NCBI GenBank assembly: GCA_016187035.1
Contig: JACPKL010000007.1
Span: forward strand, 1-43,477
Source of the DNA: Candidatus Daviesbacteria bacterium
GTDB taxonomy: Bacteria; Patescibacteriota; Microgenomatia; Daviesbacterales; UBA10151
Direction of reading: 5' to 3'
DNA length: 43,477 nucleotides
The first letter of the stretch is position 1. Each line of letters begins with the position of its first letter. Shown here one piece after another: positions 34,229-43,476 of this stretch. Under the pieces are notes generated by a model, which was not told the DNA's origin, made no database searches, and saw nothing but the letters and a program-made list of their open reading frames with translations. Position numbers and translations under genes: made by a program.

Positions 34229-36447
34229 ATATTAACAATAATTTTTAAAAGTTCCGCTGACCATCTGTAAATATTATAATTTTTAATCACTTCTCTCATT
34301 CTTCTCATTTTCTTTGTTTGTTCTAAGGGTGATAATTCTAAGGCTGTTTTTATTGCCTCTGCTGTTTGTTCCCCATTATAAGGATTAATTATTAATGCAT
34401 CCTTAAGCTCTCTGACTGCCCCTGTAAATTGGCTTAAAATAAGTACGCCTTTATTATCATTCCTGGCTGTTACAAATTCTTTTGCCACCAAATTCATCCC
34501 GTCATGCAAAGAAGTCACTAAACAAACATTCGCCAGTTTATAAAACTGATAAATTTCCTCCTGGGTATGGTGTCTTTTAAAAAGGATAATCGGCTTCCAG
34601 CTGTTTTTCCTAAAAAGATTATTAACTCTTTCTACTTCCTTTTCTACAGCTTCGGTGAATTTTTGATATTCCTTTATTTTGCTTCTTGAGGGAGCAGCAA
34701 TTTGTATAAAGGTAAAATTACCAATGTAGGCGGGGTATTTTTTGAGAAAAATCTCTATTGCTTTGAGCCTTTCCAGAATACCCTTAGTGTAATCCAATCG
34801 GTCAACTCCAACACCAATATATTTTGTTTTGATGTTCAAACTCTTTAAAAGCTTTCTAGGGTCAAAATTAGCACTTTTTTCCTTAGAAGGGTTAGGGAAA
34901 GCAATGCTTATCGGGAATGGTTTAACGAAAGATATATGTTCGTTTCTGGTTACTGTAAGTTGTTCAAAATCAAGAAGCGATTCAATCTCCCTGCTGACTG
35001 TTTCAATAAAGTTATTGCAGTGTAGTTGAGTCTGAAAACCAACCAAATCTGCCCCTAATATTCCGTCTATAATTTCCTTTTTCCAGGGACATACACTGAA
35101 AGATTCAGAGTTAGGCCAAGGGATATGCCAGAATATTCCAACGCTTGCATCAGGTCTTGAGTTTTTTATCATTCTGGGTACTAAGGCAAGCTGGAAATCC
35201 TGAATTAGGACAATAGGTCGCTCTATATTTTTTATTTCAGACAAAATAGTTTGCGCAAATTTGCCGTTTACTTTTTTATATTCCTCCCAGTCTTCTTTTT
35301 TAAAAGTAGGACGGGTATAGGCTATATGACAAAGAGGCCATAAACCTTCATTGGAAAAGCCGTAGTAGTATCCGGCTTCTTCTTTTTCAGTAAGCCAGAT
35401 TCTTTTGAGGGTGTATTTGGGTTCATCAGGAGGTACTTTTAACTTATCGTTTTGATCAACTGTTAGTTTATCCCCGTCACCGCTTCCCTGGGCAATCCAC
35501 ATTCCTCCACAGGCCTGCATGATTGGCTCAATTGCAGTTACCATACCGCTTGCTGGGATATAATAATTAATAGTTCGTCCCTTTTTTGTGTGAATATACG
35601 GTTCTCTGTTAGATACCATAAAAATAGTCCTGTCTTTTAAAACATCCTTGATAAATACTTTTAAGCGTTGTTCTGTCCAGGGGGAGTCTAATTTTTGAAG
35701 TCCCAACTTTGCTTCCTCGTTTGCTGTAATTCTTGCTTCCATCAGGCTTCCTCTGATATTTGAAATTTCTTTAATGAGCGGTCTGAAAAAAAAGTTAGTA
35801 GATAAACTGGGAGATTTTTGTTCCAAGTCTCCTCTTCTGGCTGATTTTAAAAATTTTACTAAGCCTCGTATAGGTTCATAGATGAGCCAGCGGATAATAA
35901 GCAGGATTGCTATAGATATCAAAGATGCTTGGATAAACAGCCTTAAAAGATTGCTCTTCCAAATTTCGTTTAATCTGGTATCAATATAGCTGGCATCTTG
36001 AGCAATCATTAGCGCGCCCACTACATTTCCTTGATCATGCAGCGGGGTGGCTAAAAGATACATTTTTTCATTAGTTAATTCTACAAAATCCCCATTTACC
36101 GCATCTGAATCCATAGCTTCTTCAGCAATTTTTTGGGTTTTTAACACATTTGCAATCAGACTCGAGGAGGTTGCAATAGTCTCTCCCTTATTGTCGTAAA
36201 TAACCATACCAGCCAATCTTTGTTTATCTTCGAACTTATCAATCAATTTCTGTAATTGCTGATCTGATTTGTTAATAAAATTCGGCTGGACTGTTTCTTT
36301 TAAACTCTCAGCAAGTAGTATGGATCTCTGCTCCAGGCCCTCTTTCAGTCTTTGCTCCTCCTGTTGAACCTGGGTTAAAGTGAACGCTACTACGATAAAA
36401 CTGATAATGACTATGATTACAAAAACTGCGGCAAAAATTTGTTTCAT
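34225..36447 (-). CDS. otsA: Trehalose-6-phosphate synthase (GT20) with an N-terminal membrane sensor-like (Cache/HAMP-like) module
   Basis: VSNREPY, FWHIPWP, GVDRLDYTKG and HDGMNLVAKE motifs; two TM helices around an extracytoplasmic domain in the first ~250 aa. Confidence 0.9.
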   Translation of the reverse strand: MKQIFAAVFVIIVIISFIVVAFTLTQVQQEEQRLKEGLEQRSILLAESLKETVQPNFINKSDQQLQKLIDKFEDKQRLAGMVIYDNKGETIATSSSLIANVLKTQKIAEEAMDSDAVNGDFVELTNEKMYLLATPLHDQGNVVGALMIAQDASYIDTRLNEIWKSNLLRLFIQASLISIAILLIIRWLIYEPIRGLVKFLKSARRGDLEQKSPSLSTNFFFRPLIKEISNIRGSLMEARITANEEAKLGLQKLDSPWTEQRLKVFIKDVLKDRTIFMVSNREPYIHTKKGRTINYYIPASGMVTAIEPIMQACGGMWIAQGSGDGDKLTVDQNDKLKVPPDEPKYTLKRIWLTEKEEAGYYYGFSNEGLWPLCHIAYTRPTFKKEDWEEYKKVNGKFAQTILSEIKNIERPIVLIQDFQLALVPRMIKNSRPDASVGIFWHIPWPNSESFSVCPWKKEIIDGILGADLVGFQTQLHCNNFIETVSREIESLLDFEQLTVTRNEHISFVKPFPISIAFPNPSKEKSANFDPRKLLKSLNIKTKYIGVGVDRLDYTKGILERLKAIEIFLKKYPAYIGNFTFIQIAAPSRSKIKEYQKFTEAVEKEVERVNNLFRKNSWKPIILFKRHHTQEEIYQFYKLANVCLVTSLHDGMNLVAKEFVTARNDNKGVLILSQFTGAVRELKDALIINPYNGEQTAEAIKTALELSPLEQTKKMRRMREVIKNYNIYRWSAELLKIIVNI

Positions 36448-36702
36448 CAGAATTCATTTTATCATTTTTAGGAAATTGGGACGAATTTCGAGTATTTCTA
36501 AGGGGGTGATAATTGAGAATGTTACCAACAGACTGGATGAGTTTATCAAATCATTATTCTTGTTTAGTAACGGGTATTTTCTGTATAATGAACAAGTTCT
36601 TGCTATGCAATAAAGCACAATAACTATTTTTAATTAAAATGGCAGAAAATAAGATTAGAAAACTTGGAAAAAGGAAAAAACACAGCATTGAAGCTTTAAG
36701 AT

Positions 36703-37857
36703 ATGAATAAGCAAAGCTTTTCTTCGAATAAAAATATATTTATTGGGCTAGCATTAGCGGTATTTATAGGCATACTTATCAGGGGGGCTTCTAAAGGAGT
36801 TGATAGAGCTCAATTTACTCAAGAAAGGCAAGAAGATATAGAAATAATCGCTGAAAACCTCAACATCCCTTGGGAAGCAGCTTTTTTACCGGATAATGAA
36901 ATTTTGATAACAGAAAGGCCTGGGACATTACTTCTTCTTAAAAACAAACAAAAAATTCCTATTTCTGGCGTTGAACATATTGGAGAGGGTGGGCTGTTAG
37001 GTTTGGCAATTCATCCTAATTTTTCCAGTAATCATTGGATTTATCTTTACTATACGTATCAGATAAATGGAGAAACCTATAATAAGATAGTGCGTTTTGA
37101 GTATAGTGTGGTCGAACTTGCTGTTGCTTGTCTCGATAACAAACCTGACTGTAATTCTGCAGCAACGCCTCGTTTAGCACTAAGTAAAATAATTGTTGAT
37201 AAGATACCTGCAACACCAAACCATAACGGCGGTAGAATCAAATTTGGTCCGGATGGCTATTTGTATATTACAACCGGAGATGCCCAAAATCCGTCCCAGG
37301 CTCAAAATATAAATAGTTTTGCTGGAAAGGTTTTAAGAGTTACGGATGGAGGAAACCCTGCTCCTGGAAATCCTTTTAGCTCCCTAATTTATTCTTATGG
37401 CCATCGTAATTCTCAAGGACTGGCTTGGGATGATAAAGGACGTCTCTGGGCTACGGAGCACGGGCGTTCTGGTGTGCAATCTGGTTTTGATGAATTAAAC
37501 CTTATCGAGAAGGGTAAAAATTATGGTTGGCCAGTTATTCAAGGCGATCAAACAAAAGAAGATATGGTTAATCCAGTTATTCAATCAGGGGAAGATATAA
37601 CTTGGGCACCGGCGGGGGCAGTATTTTATGAGGGAAGTATCTTTTTTGGCGGACTTCGCGGTGAAGCGCTTTTTGAATATAAAATCGCCGATAAAGGCTT
37701 AAAAAGACATTTTCAAGGGCAATTTGGCCGCATTAGAGCAGTAGTTCTTGGTCCTGATAACTATCTGTATATCACTACCAGTAATACTGATGGCAGGGGA
37801 AATCCAAAAGAAAATGACGATAAGTTAATCAAAATTAATCCTAAGGTTTTAAAGTAA
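36703..37857 (+). CDS. PQQ-dependent sugar (glucose/sorbosone) dehydrogenase family protein
   Basis: PWEAAFLP, ITERPG, HNGGRIKFGPDGYLYITTGD, SYGHRNSQGLAW and GRIRAV motifs. Confidence 0.92.
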   Translation: MNKQSFSSNKNIFIGLALAVFIGILIRGASKGVDRAQFTQERQEDIEIIAENLNIPWEAAFLPDNEILITERPGTLLLLKNKQKIPISGVEHIGEGGLLGLAIHPNFSSNHWIYLYYTYQINGETYNKIVRFEYSVVELAVACLDNKPDCNSAATPRLALSKIIVDKIPATPNHNGGRIKFGPDGYLYITTGDAQNPSQAQNINSFAGKVLRVTDGGNPAPGNPFSSLIYSYGHRNSQGLAWDDKGRLWATEHGRSGVQSGFDELNLIEKGKNYGWPVIQGDQTKEDMVNPVIQSGEDITWAPAGAVFYEGSIFFGGLRGEALFEYKIADKGLKRHFQGQFGRIRAVVLGPDNYLYITTSNTDGRGNPKENDDKLIKINPKVLK

Positions 37858-37864
37858 TACTGAT

Positions 37865-39922
37865 ATGTTGCAATTAAATTTTATTCCTCTCAAGAAAATT
37901 ACAGTTGTCATTGTTATTTTAGCAGGTGTCTTCTTGTCGAACTTATCATCTCAAAAGGATAACACCAGACCAGAAGACAATAATTTAGGAGGACCTCAGG
38001 AAGAACTCCACCTTCTTTCAATTGAATATATGCGTAAGCAATCTTATCCGGGAAGCGAGATCACTATCGAGCAAACTCTACCTCCCGGCAGTAATTACAG
38101 CCAGTACATTGCTTCCTACAAATCTGATGGTTTGAAAATTTACGCCCTGCTTACTGTGCCTCAGGACGATAACAGAAAATATCCTGTTATCGTTTTTAAT
38201 CATGGCTATATTCAACCAGCACAATATCGAACCACTGAACGTTATACAGATTATGTCGATGTTTTTGCCAGAAATGGTTATATCGTTTTCAAGCCTGATT
38301 ACCGTGGGCATGGTAATTCTGAAGGAAAAGCAGAGGGAGGGTATGGTTCTAATGCCTATACGATTGATATTTTGAATGCTTTAAGCTCTATGAAAAAGTA
38401 CAAGGATGCAGACCCAGAAAAAATTGGCATGTGGGGACACTCAATGGGAGGAAGTATTACTTTGCGCTCAATGGTTATTTCAAAAGACATTAAAGTCGGC
38501 GTAATTTGGGCAGGGGTAGTTGGTTCGTATGCAGATATTTTGAATAACTGGAGACGGCGCGCACCAGCTCATATCAATCACCCCGGTTCTTCTTGGAGAC
38601 AAGAGTTAATAGAAAAGTATGGTACACCGGAAGAAAATCAGAAGTTTTGGGACTCTATATCTGCAAATTCGTATCTTAATGATATATCAGGACCAATGCA
38701 ACTTCATCACGGCACTGCTGATGAAAGCGTTCCTCTGCAATTCTCTGAAAAACTTAGTAGCGACTTAAAAGGTTTAAGTAAAACAGTCGAACTTTTCACA
38801 TATGAGGGAGATAATCACAACATTTCAAATAATTTCAATATAGCAATACAGAAGTCAGTTGAATTTTTTAACAAGTACTTAAAGTATCGTAGTTTTTCTA
38901 ATTTTAATAATGATTCGGAAAACTCTGCTGTAAATATCGCCTTACCTACTTCTACCACCTTCCCAACAGTAAATCTAATTCAACCCACTCAAAGCAAAAT
39001 TCTGCCAACTGATTATCATGTTTTCCAGAAATTTAACAACTGTGGGCCAGCTGCTCTTTCAATGACACTTCGTTTTTATGGCATTAATGTCAGCCAAGCT
39101 GAGTTAGGGCAAGCCCTTAGGCCTTATCAAGTGCCAAATGGTGATAACGATGATAAATCAGTAACTTTAGAGGAGATGGCAGACAAAGCTAGGGAATACA
39201 GTCTTGTCCCGTACCATAGACCTAATGGAGATATCGAAAAAATTAAGCTTTTTATTACTTACGACATTCCAGTTATTGCCAGAACTTGGACTAAAGTTAA
39301 TGAAGATATAGGCCACTACAGAGTAGTTAAAGGATATGATGATACTAATAGTCAAATTATCCAAGATGATTCTCTGCAAAATAAAAATCTCTGGTTTGAC
39401 TATGACACCTTCAATACCATCTGGGAAAAATTTAACTTTGAATACCTTGTTTTGGTATCTCAAGAAAAGAAGAAAATAGCTGAAGCAATTTTAGGAGAGG
39501 ACTTCAACATCAAGAAAGCTTGGCAAAAAGCAGCGCAGAATGCGCAGAGACAGCTGGTAGTAAATCCTGATGATATTTATTCACGCTTTAATCTATCTGT
39601 AGCTTTTTACAATACAGGGCAGTATCAACAATCTGTTGAGGAATTCGAAAAGGTAGAAGATGCGCTTCCCTTCAGAACTCTCTGGTATCAGATAGAACCA
39701 ATTCAAGCATATTATCAGCTGGAGAATTATGAAAGAGTGCTTCAGACAACTAATAAAGTTTTGAGTAGTTACAATAGAGCTTTTTCAGAGCTTTACATCT
39801 TGCGCGGAAAGATTTACCAAAAACAAGGAAATATTGAAGCTGCGCGGAATGAATTTGAAAAAGCTGTCTATTACAATAAGAGTCTCAAAGACGCACAACA
39901 AGCACTAAATTCTATCACGTAA
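37865..39922 (+). CDS. Secreted fusion: alpha/beta-hydrolase (S9-like) + C39-like cysteine peptidase + TPR
   Basis: GHSMGG nucleophile, HGTADESV and EGDNH triad motifs; QKFNNCGPA and GHYRVVKGYD C39-like motifs; TPR-like C-terminus. Confidence 0.85.
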   Translation: MLQLNFIPLKKITVVIVILAGVFLSNLSSQKDNTRPEDNNLGGPQEELHLLSIEYMRKQSYPGSEITIEQTLPPGSNYSQYIASYKSDGLKIYALLTVPQDDNRKYPVIVFNHGYIQPAQYRTTERYTDYVDVFARNGYIVFKPDYRGHGNSEGKAEGGYGSNAYTIDILNALSSMKKYKDADPEKIGMWGHSMGGSITLRSMVISKDIKVGVIWAGVVGSYADILNNWRRRAPAHINHPGSSWRQELIEKYGTPEENQKFWDSISANSYLNDISGPMQLHHGTADESVPLQFSEKLSSDLKGLSKTVELFTYEGDNHNISNNFNIAIQKSVEFFNKYLKYRSFSNFNNDSENSAVNIALPTSTTFPTVNLIQPTQSKILPTDYHVFQKFNNCGPAALSMTLRFYGINVSQAELGQALRPYQVPNGDNDDKSVTLEEMADKAREYSLVPYHRPNGDIEKIKLFITYDIPVIARTWTKVNEDIGHYRVVKGYDDTNSQIIQDDSLQNKNLWFDYDTFNTIWEKFNFEYLVLVSQEKKKIAEAILGEDFNIKKAWQKAAQNAQRQLVVNPDDIYSRFNLSVAFYNTGQYQQSVEEFEKVEDALPFRTLWYQIEPIQAYYQLENYERVLQTTNKVLSSYNRAFSELYILRGKIYQKQGNIEAARNEFEKAVYYNKSLKDAQQALNSIT

Positions 39923-39946
39923 GCAATAACTTGTTCAAGAGTAGGG

Positions 39947-40270
39947 TTACAAAAAGTTAGTAATTTTCTCTGCAAAAGCTTGAGCAAAATCAATGGTTTC
40001 AGATCGATCATTAAGTATTTTCTCCAATTCACCTTCAGTTCTATCAATGAGAACTTTAACAACTTGCGCTTTAGGTCGAGAAAATAAGGACTTAAGCTCT
40101 GATCCTTTAATTACTGGTAGTTCAAGTCGAAAGAGATCCTCGTAGACAGCAACAAATCCAATTTGATGCTTAAAGGAGAATAAAACTGTACCAAATTTCT
40201 TTACTAAATCAGGTAGCTCTTTCTCTAATTTTTCTACGTCTTCATCATTTGCAATAACGTAAGCCTCCAT
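39947..40270 (-). CDS. Hypothetical protein or C-terminal gene fragment
   Basis: 107-aa ORF; the same frame stays open ~45 codons further upstream with no ATG, suggesting a truncated gene. Confidence 0.4.
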   Translation of the reverse strand: MEAYVIANDEDVEKLEKELPDLVKKFGTVLFSFKHQIGFVAVYEDLFRLELPVIKGSELKSLFSRPKAQVVKVLIDRTEGELEKILNDRSETIDFAQAFAEKITNFL

Positions 40271-40388
40271 ATCAGAATATTTTGTTGCTTTATAACTATC
40301 CTCATCACATATATCATCCTGTGACCCCGATGATATCTTAAACAGACTGCGGGAATTCTTTGATTTATTCCTTACTGACGGCCTAAAC

Positions 40389-40859
40389 TCAGAATTTGCT
40401 TACGTTTTTCTTTAGAAAAAGGCAAGCTCTGCTTATACTCACAATCTTCAACACTTCCCGATAAAATAATGCTTCAGCAGCAATTAGCTTTTTCCTGTCC
40501 TCAGTTAATTTTGTTCTGTTTTTCTGATTCATGTAGGAGGCGTAGAAAAAGATACTATCCACCGGAACTAATTTTTTGATTTCTTGGATAAGGAAACTAA
40601 ATGAAAGATATTTATTCGGCCCAAACAACTCATTCTGTCCGGCAAATAAATTTGTGCCGTCAATATAAAGATGAGTTCCCTTTTTAATATTTTTAGATTT
40701 TGATTCTTTTTTCTGAATACGATCTAAAATCATTTTATCAGTAATATTTAAACCATGACTTTTGGCGATTGATAAAATTGCACTATGCATCTCATCCTCG
40801 GAAACAGGAGTATAGCCTAATTCACTTTTGGAATCATCAAGGTAATAATAGCTAGACAT
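40389..40859 (-). pseudogene. Truncated NYN (LabA/DUF88, PIN-like) domain gene, N-terminal half only
   Basis: HLYIDGTNLF and FFYAS NYN motifs present; downstream KGVD- and SGDSD-type acidic motifs absent; extended -10 TGC-TAGAAT 6 nt before ATG. Confidence 0.65.
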
Positions 40860-40907
40860 GAACTTATTCTAGCATTTATAGGAAGAAAATATATTTTCGA
40901 TCCTCGT

Positions 40908-41103
40908 GGCCAGCCTCGACTAGACGTCGAGTCTAGGCGGGCCAAGATGAATCACCAGAATAGTTTACCTCTTCGAGTCTGAGCGATGAGGCTGAAAGCC
41001 TCAGAGTCGATGACCTGAGCACTTCGATAAACTCAGTGTAAACTTGTCGAAGGGCTCCCTAACAATAAGGCCTGCCCTGAGCAAACGAAGTGAGTCGAAT
41101 GGG
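40908..41103. repeat. Cluster of four GC-rich palindromic elements, two of them nested (CCTGAGC...GTCGAAGG class)
   Basis: CTAGAC-GTCGA-GTCTAG (40920-36); TGAGGCT-GAA-AGCCTCA (40987-41003) inside CTTCGAGTCTGAGC...GAGTCGA; CCTGAGC[ACTTCGATAAACTCAGTGTAAAC]TTGTCGAAGGG (41014-54); GCCCTGAGC...GTCGAATGGG (41074-103). Confidence 0.8.
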
Positions 41104-41198
41104 TACTTTCACCACAAGTATCATTCGGTAAAATTTAGTATAGCACACACATTCTGCTATTTTTTGATGTAAAATGGAATAAGTATTCCTTTTGAAAT

Positions 41199-42983
41199 AT
41201 GAATAAGGAATTTTCAGAAATACTTTTAGGATTTAAAAGAACTCTTAAGTTAATGGAAAGGCCGGAAAAGGTCTCGTTAATTGTAGCTTCTTTTTTAATG
41301 CTTGTTGCGGGTGTTTTAACTAACCTTCCTGCTCTAATACTGGGTAGATTAGTAGATAAAGTAGTAAGTGCAACTTCCTTTCAATTCAATTTAGCTGTTC
41401 CGTTTATTGGCTTAATCATAGTGATAATTATTATTCGTGAAGCGTTGACTATTGTGAGAAAGTATCTCGTTGAAAATATTGCTACTCAGACCGAGAAAAA
41501 ACAAACAGTTGCAGTTATAAACCACCTTCTTAGAACTGATATATCAGTTATCAACCAGCAGCAGATTGGTTCTTTACATGGAAGAATTTTCCGTTCAATT
41601 CAAGGCTTAGTACGTATTATTAAATTGGGATTCCTTGAGTTTCTCCCCACTATTTTTAGTGCGGGGGCAGCTCTTGTTATAGCTCTTTCTCAAAAACCGA
41701 TATTAGCAACAGTAATGGCACTAGTCATACCAACTGGATTATATATCATTATCAAACAGGTATCTTCACAAAAAGGTATCCGCGTTTTTCTTTTAAGAGG
41801 AAAAGAGAAAATTGATGGAACAGTGGTTGAGATGCTGGGCGGTATAGAAACAGTAAGAGTTCTGAATACGACATCACAAGAAGTAGAAAAAGTTGAAACT
41901 GTTGCCGAAGAGCTACGAAAAAGAGAAATAAAACACCATATTTTTATGGCCTTGTTTGATTCTGGTAAATACCTAAATGAAGGGTTTTTCTATATCATAG
42001 TAATTAGTTTATCTATTCTTTTATCGGCTCAAGGGATAATTTCGCGAGGAGATATTCTTGTTTACTCAATTCTTTTTCTAAGCATAACTGGTCCCTTAAG
42101 AGAAATTCACAGAATACTTGACCAAGCGCACGAAAGCTCTATTTTAGTAAATGATTTATATGGTTTACTAAATGAGCCGCTTGATGAATCATTTAGGGCA
42201 ATACCAGAAAGCAAAGTCAAGGGCTCTTCAACACAATTAAATACTGCTATTTCAATCAAAAACCTTTATTTTTCTTTTCCCAATAAATCCTTAAAAGATT
42301 TAAGTAATATAAATCTTAAAATCGATTATGGAGAAAAGATTGGAATTGCCGGAGCTTCTGGCTGTGGCAAAACCACTCTTATAAGAATATTACTCAGGCT
42401 GCTACATAATTATTCAGGGGAAGTTTATCTTTTCGGTAGGGATCTTAACGGTATTTCAAGAGAAGAAATAGCAGAGAAGATTGCTTACGTTCCACAAAAA
42501 ACTTATATATTTTCCGGAACTATAAAAGAAAATATTCTTTATGGGTGTATGAGAAAAAATATTAAACAGGAAGAAATTCTTGAAGCCGCCAAAAAAGCAA
42601 ATATTTACGATGAAATTATACGCTCTTTAGGTGGTTTTGAAGGAAAAGTTACTGAAAATGGTAATAACTTAAGTGGTGGTCAAAAACAAAGACTGGTTAT
42701 TGCACGGTTAATTTTGAAATCACCCAAAGTTTTTATATTTGATGAAGCGACGTCTGCCCTAGATAATTCAAATGAAATCGCAATACAAAGAAATGTTGAG
42801 CGATTATTTAAGGATAAAACTATAATTACAATAGCGCATAGATTAACCACACTAAAAAATAGCGACAGAATTTTGGTTTTTGACAAAGGTAAAATAGTGC
42901 AGGAAGGAACATTCAATCAACTTGCTAATCAAAAAGGATTGTTTCAGGATTTTCTAAAACAAAGAGAACCGATTGCAGTTTAG
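41199..42983 (+). CDS. ABC exporter, fused permease and ATP-binding domains (MsbA/ABCB-like)
   Basis: TM domain followed by GASGCGKT, LSGGQKQR, IFDEATSALD and IAHRL motifs. Confidence 0.95.
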   Translation: MNKEFSEILLGFKRTLKLMERPEKVSLIVASFLMLVAGVLTNLPALILGRLVDKVVSATSFQFNLAVPFIGLIIVIIIIREALTIVRKYLVENIATQTEKKQTVAVINHLLRTDISVINQQQIGSLHGRIFRSIQGLVRIIKLGFLEFLPTIFSAGAALVIALSQKPILATVMALVIPTGLYIIIKQVSSQKGIRVFLLRGKEKIDGTVVEMLGGIETVRVLNTTSQEVEKVETVAEELRKREIKHHIFMALFDSGKYLNEGFFYIIVISLSILLSAQGIISRGDILVYSILFLSITGPLREIHRILDQAHESSILVNDLYGLLNEPLDESFRAIPESKVKGSSTQLNTAISIKNLYFSFPNKSLKDLSNINLKIDYGEKIGIAGASGCGKTTLIRILLRLLHNYSGEVYLFGRDLNGISREEIAEKIAYVPQKTYIFSGTIKENILYGCMRKNIKQEEILEAAKKANIYDEIIRSLGGFEGKVTENGNNLSGGQKQRLVIARLILKSPKVFIFDEATSALDNSNEIAIQRNVERLFKDKTIITIAHRLTTLKNSDRILVFDKGKIVQEGTFNQLANQKGLFQDFLKQREPIAV

Positions 42984-43257
42984 CTTTAGAGATACAGGAT
43001 TATTCCTTCGTAAAAGTTTACTTTTACTCTCCTCCCAAACGCTTAACCTAAAATAACTTAATTCTTAATAAAGTGAGGTGGTGGTTTAAGATGTTACCAC
43101 TGGAAATAATCAAGCAATGTTAGTTCGATAAAATTCGTATGAAGCTCCTGACGAGGTCTTAGCCAGACTTCCAGAATTCTTCAGATTATTCCTGTCTGAC
43201 GGTCTATTGCCAGAGTTGGTTTATGCTTTAGGTCTAAAAAATGTATAAGTATGCATA

Positions 43258-43476
43258 TTAGCCTTTTTTAACTTTTGCAAACTTTAGAATTTGGTCTTTC
43301 TTTAAGATTAGATAAGAAGAACAGTTTTTCTGAAGAGCACGACTGATAAAATTCTCAAACCCAACATAGATAATTTCTTTCTTCTCGTCTTTAGCGGTTT
43401 GTATGGCCGGTAATAAATCAGTGTCCGAAGAAATCAGATAGAATTTATTGAATTCGTTTTTAATTGATCCCCGAAC
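43258..43476 (-). CDS. NYN (LabA/DUF88) domain protein, C-terminal part; gene runs off the window end (not in the supplied ORF track)
   Basis: Hand translation VRGSIKNEFNKFYLISSDTDLLPAIQTAKDEKKEIIYVGFENFISRALQKNCSSYLILKKDQILKFAKVKKG*; LISSDTDLLPAI matches the NYN SGDSDF motif. Confidence 0.8.
   Translation of the reverse strand, partial: VRGSIKNEFNKFYLISSDTDLLPAIQTAKDEKKEIIYVGFENFISRALQKNCSSYLILKKDQILKFAKVKKG

Noticed and set aside
36639-36710. 23-aa basic uORF (MAENKIRKLGKRKKHSIEALRYE) overlapping the dehydrogenase start
   Set aside because: No convincing promoter spacing or homology; short ORFs are expected by chance in A-rich DNA
37100-37185. Cys-containing extra loop in the PQQ dehydrogenase as a repeat insertion
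   Set aside because: No hairpin or foot motif matching any family here; more likely an ordinary disulfide loop
174-42916. Remaining 60-98 aa ORFs lying antisense or out of frame within larger genes
   Set aside because: Fully overlapped by well-supported genes; treated as shadow ORFs
43132-43248. Short open frame YEAPDEVLARLPEFFRLFLSDGLLPELVYALGLKNV
   Set aside because: An in-frame stop lies immediately upstream and there is no start codon; possibly a remnant but not supportable
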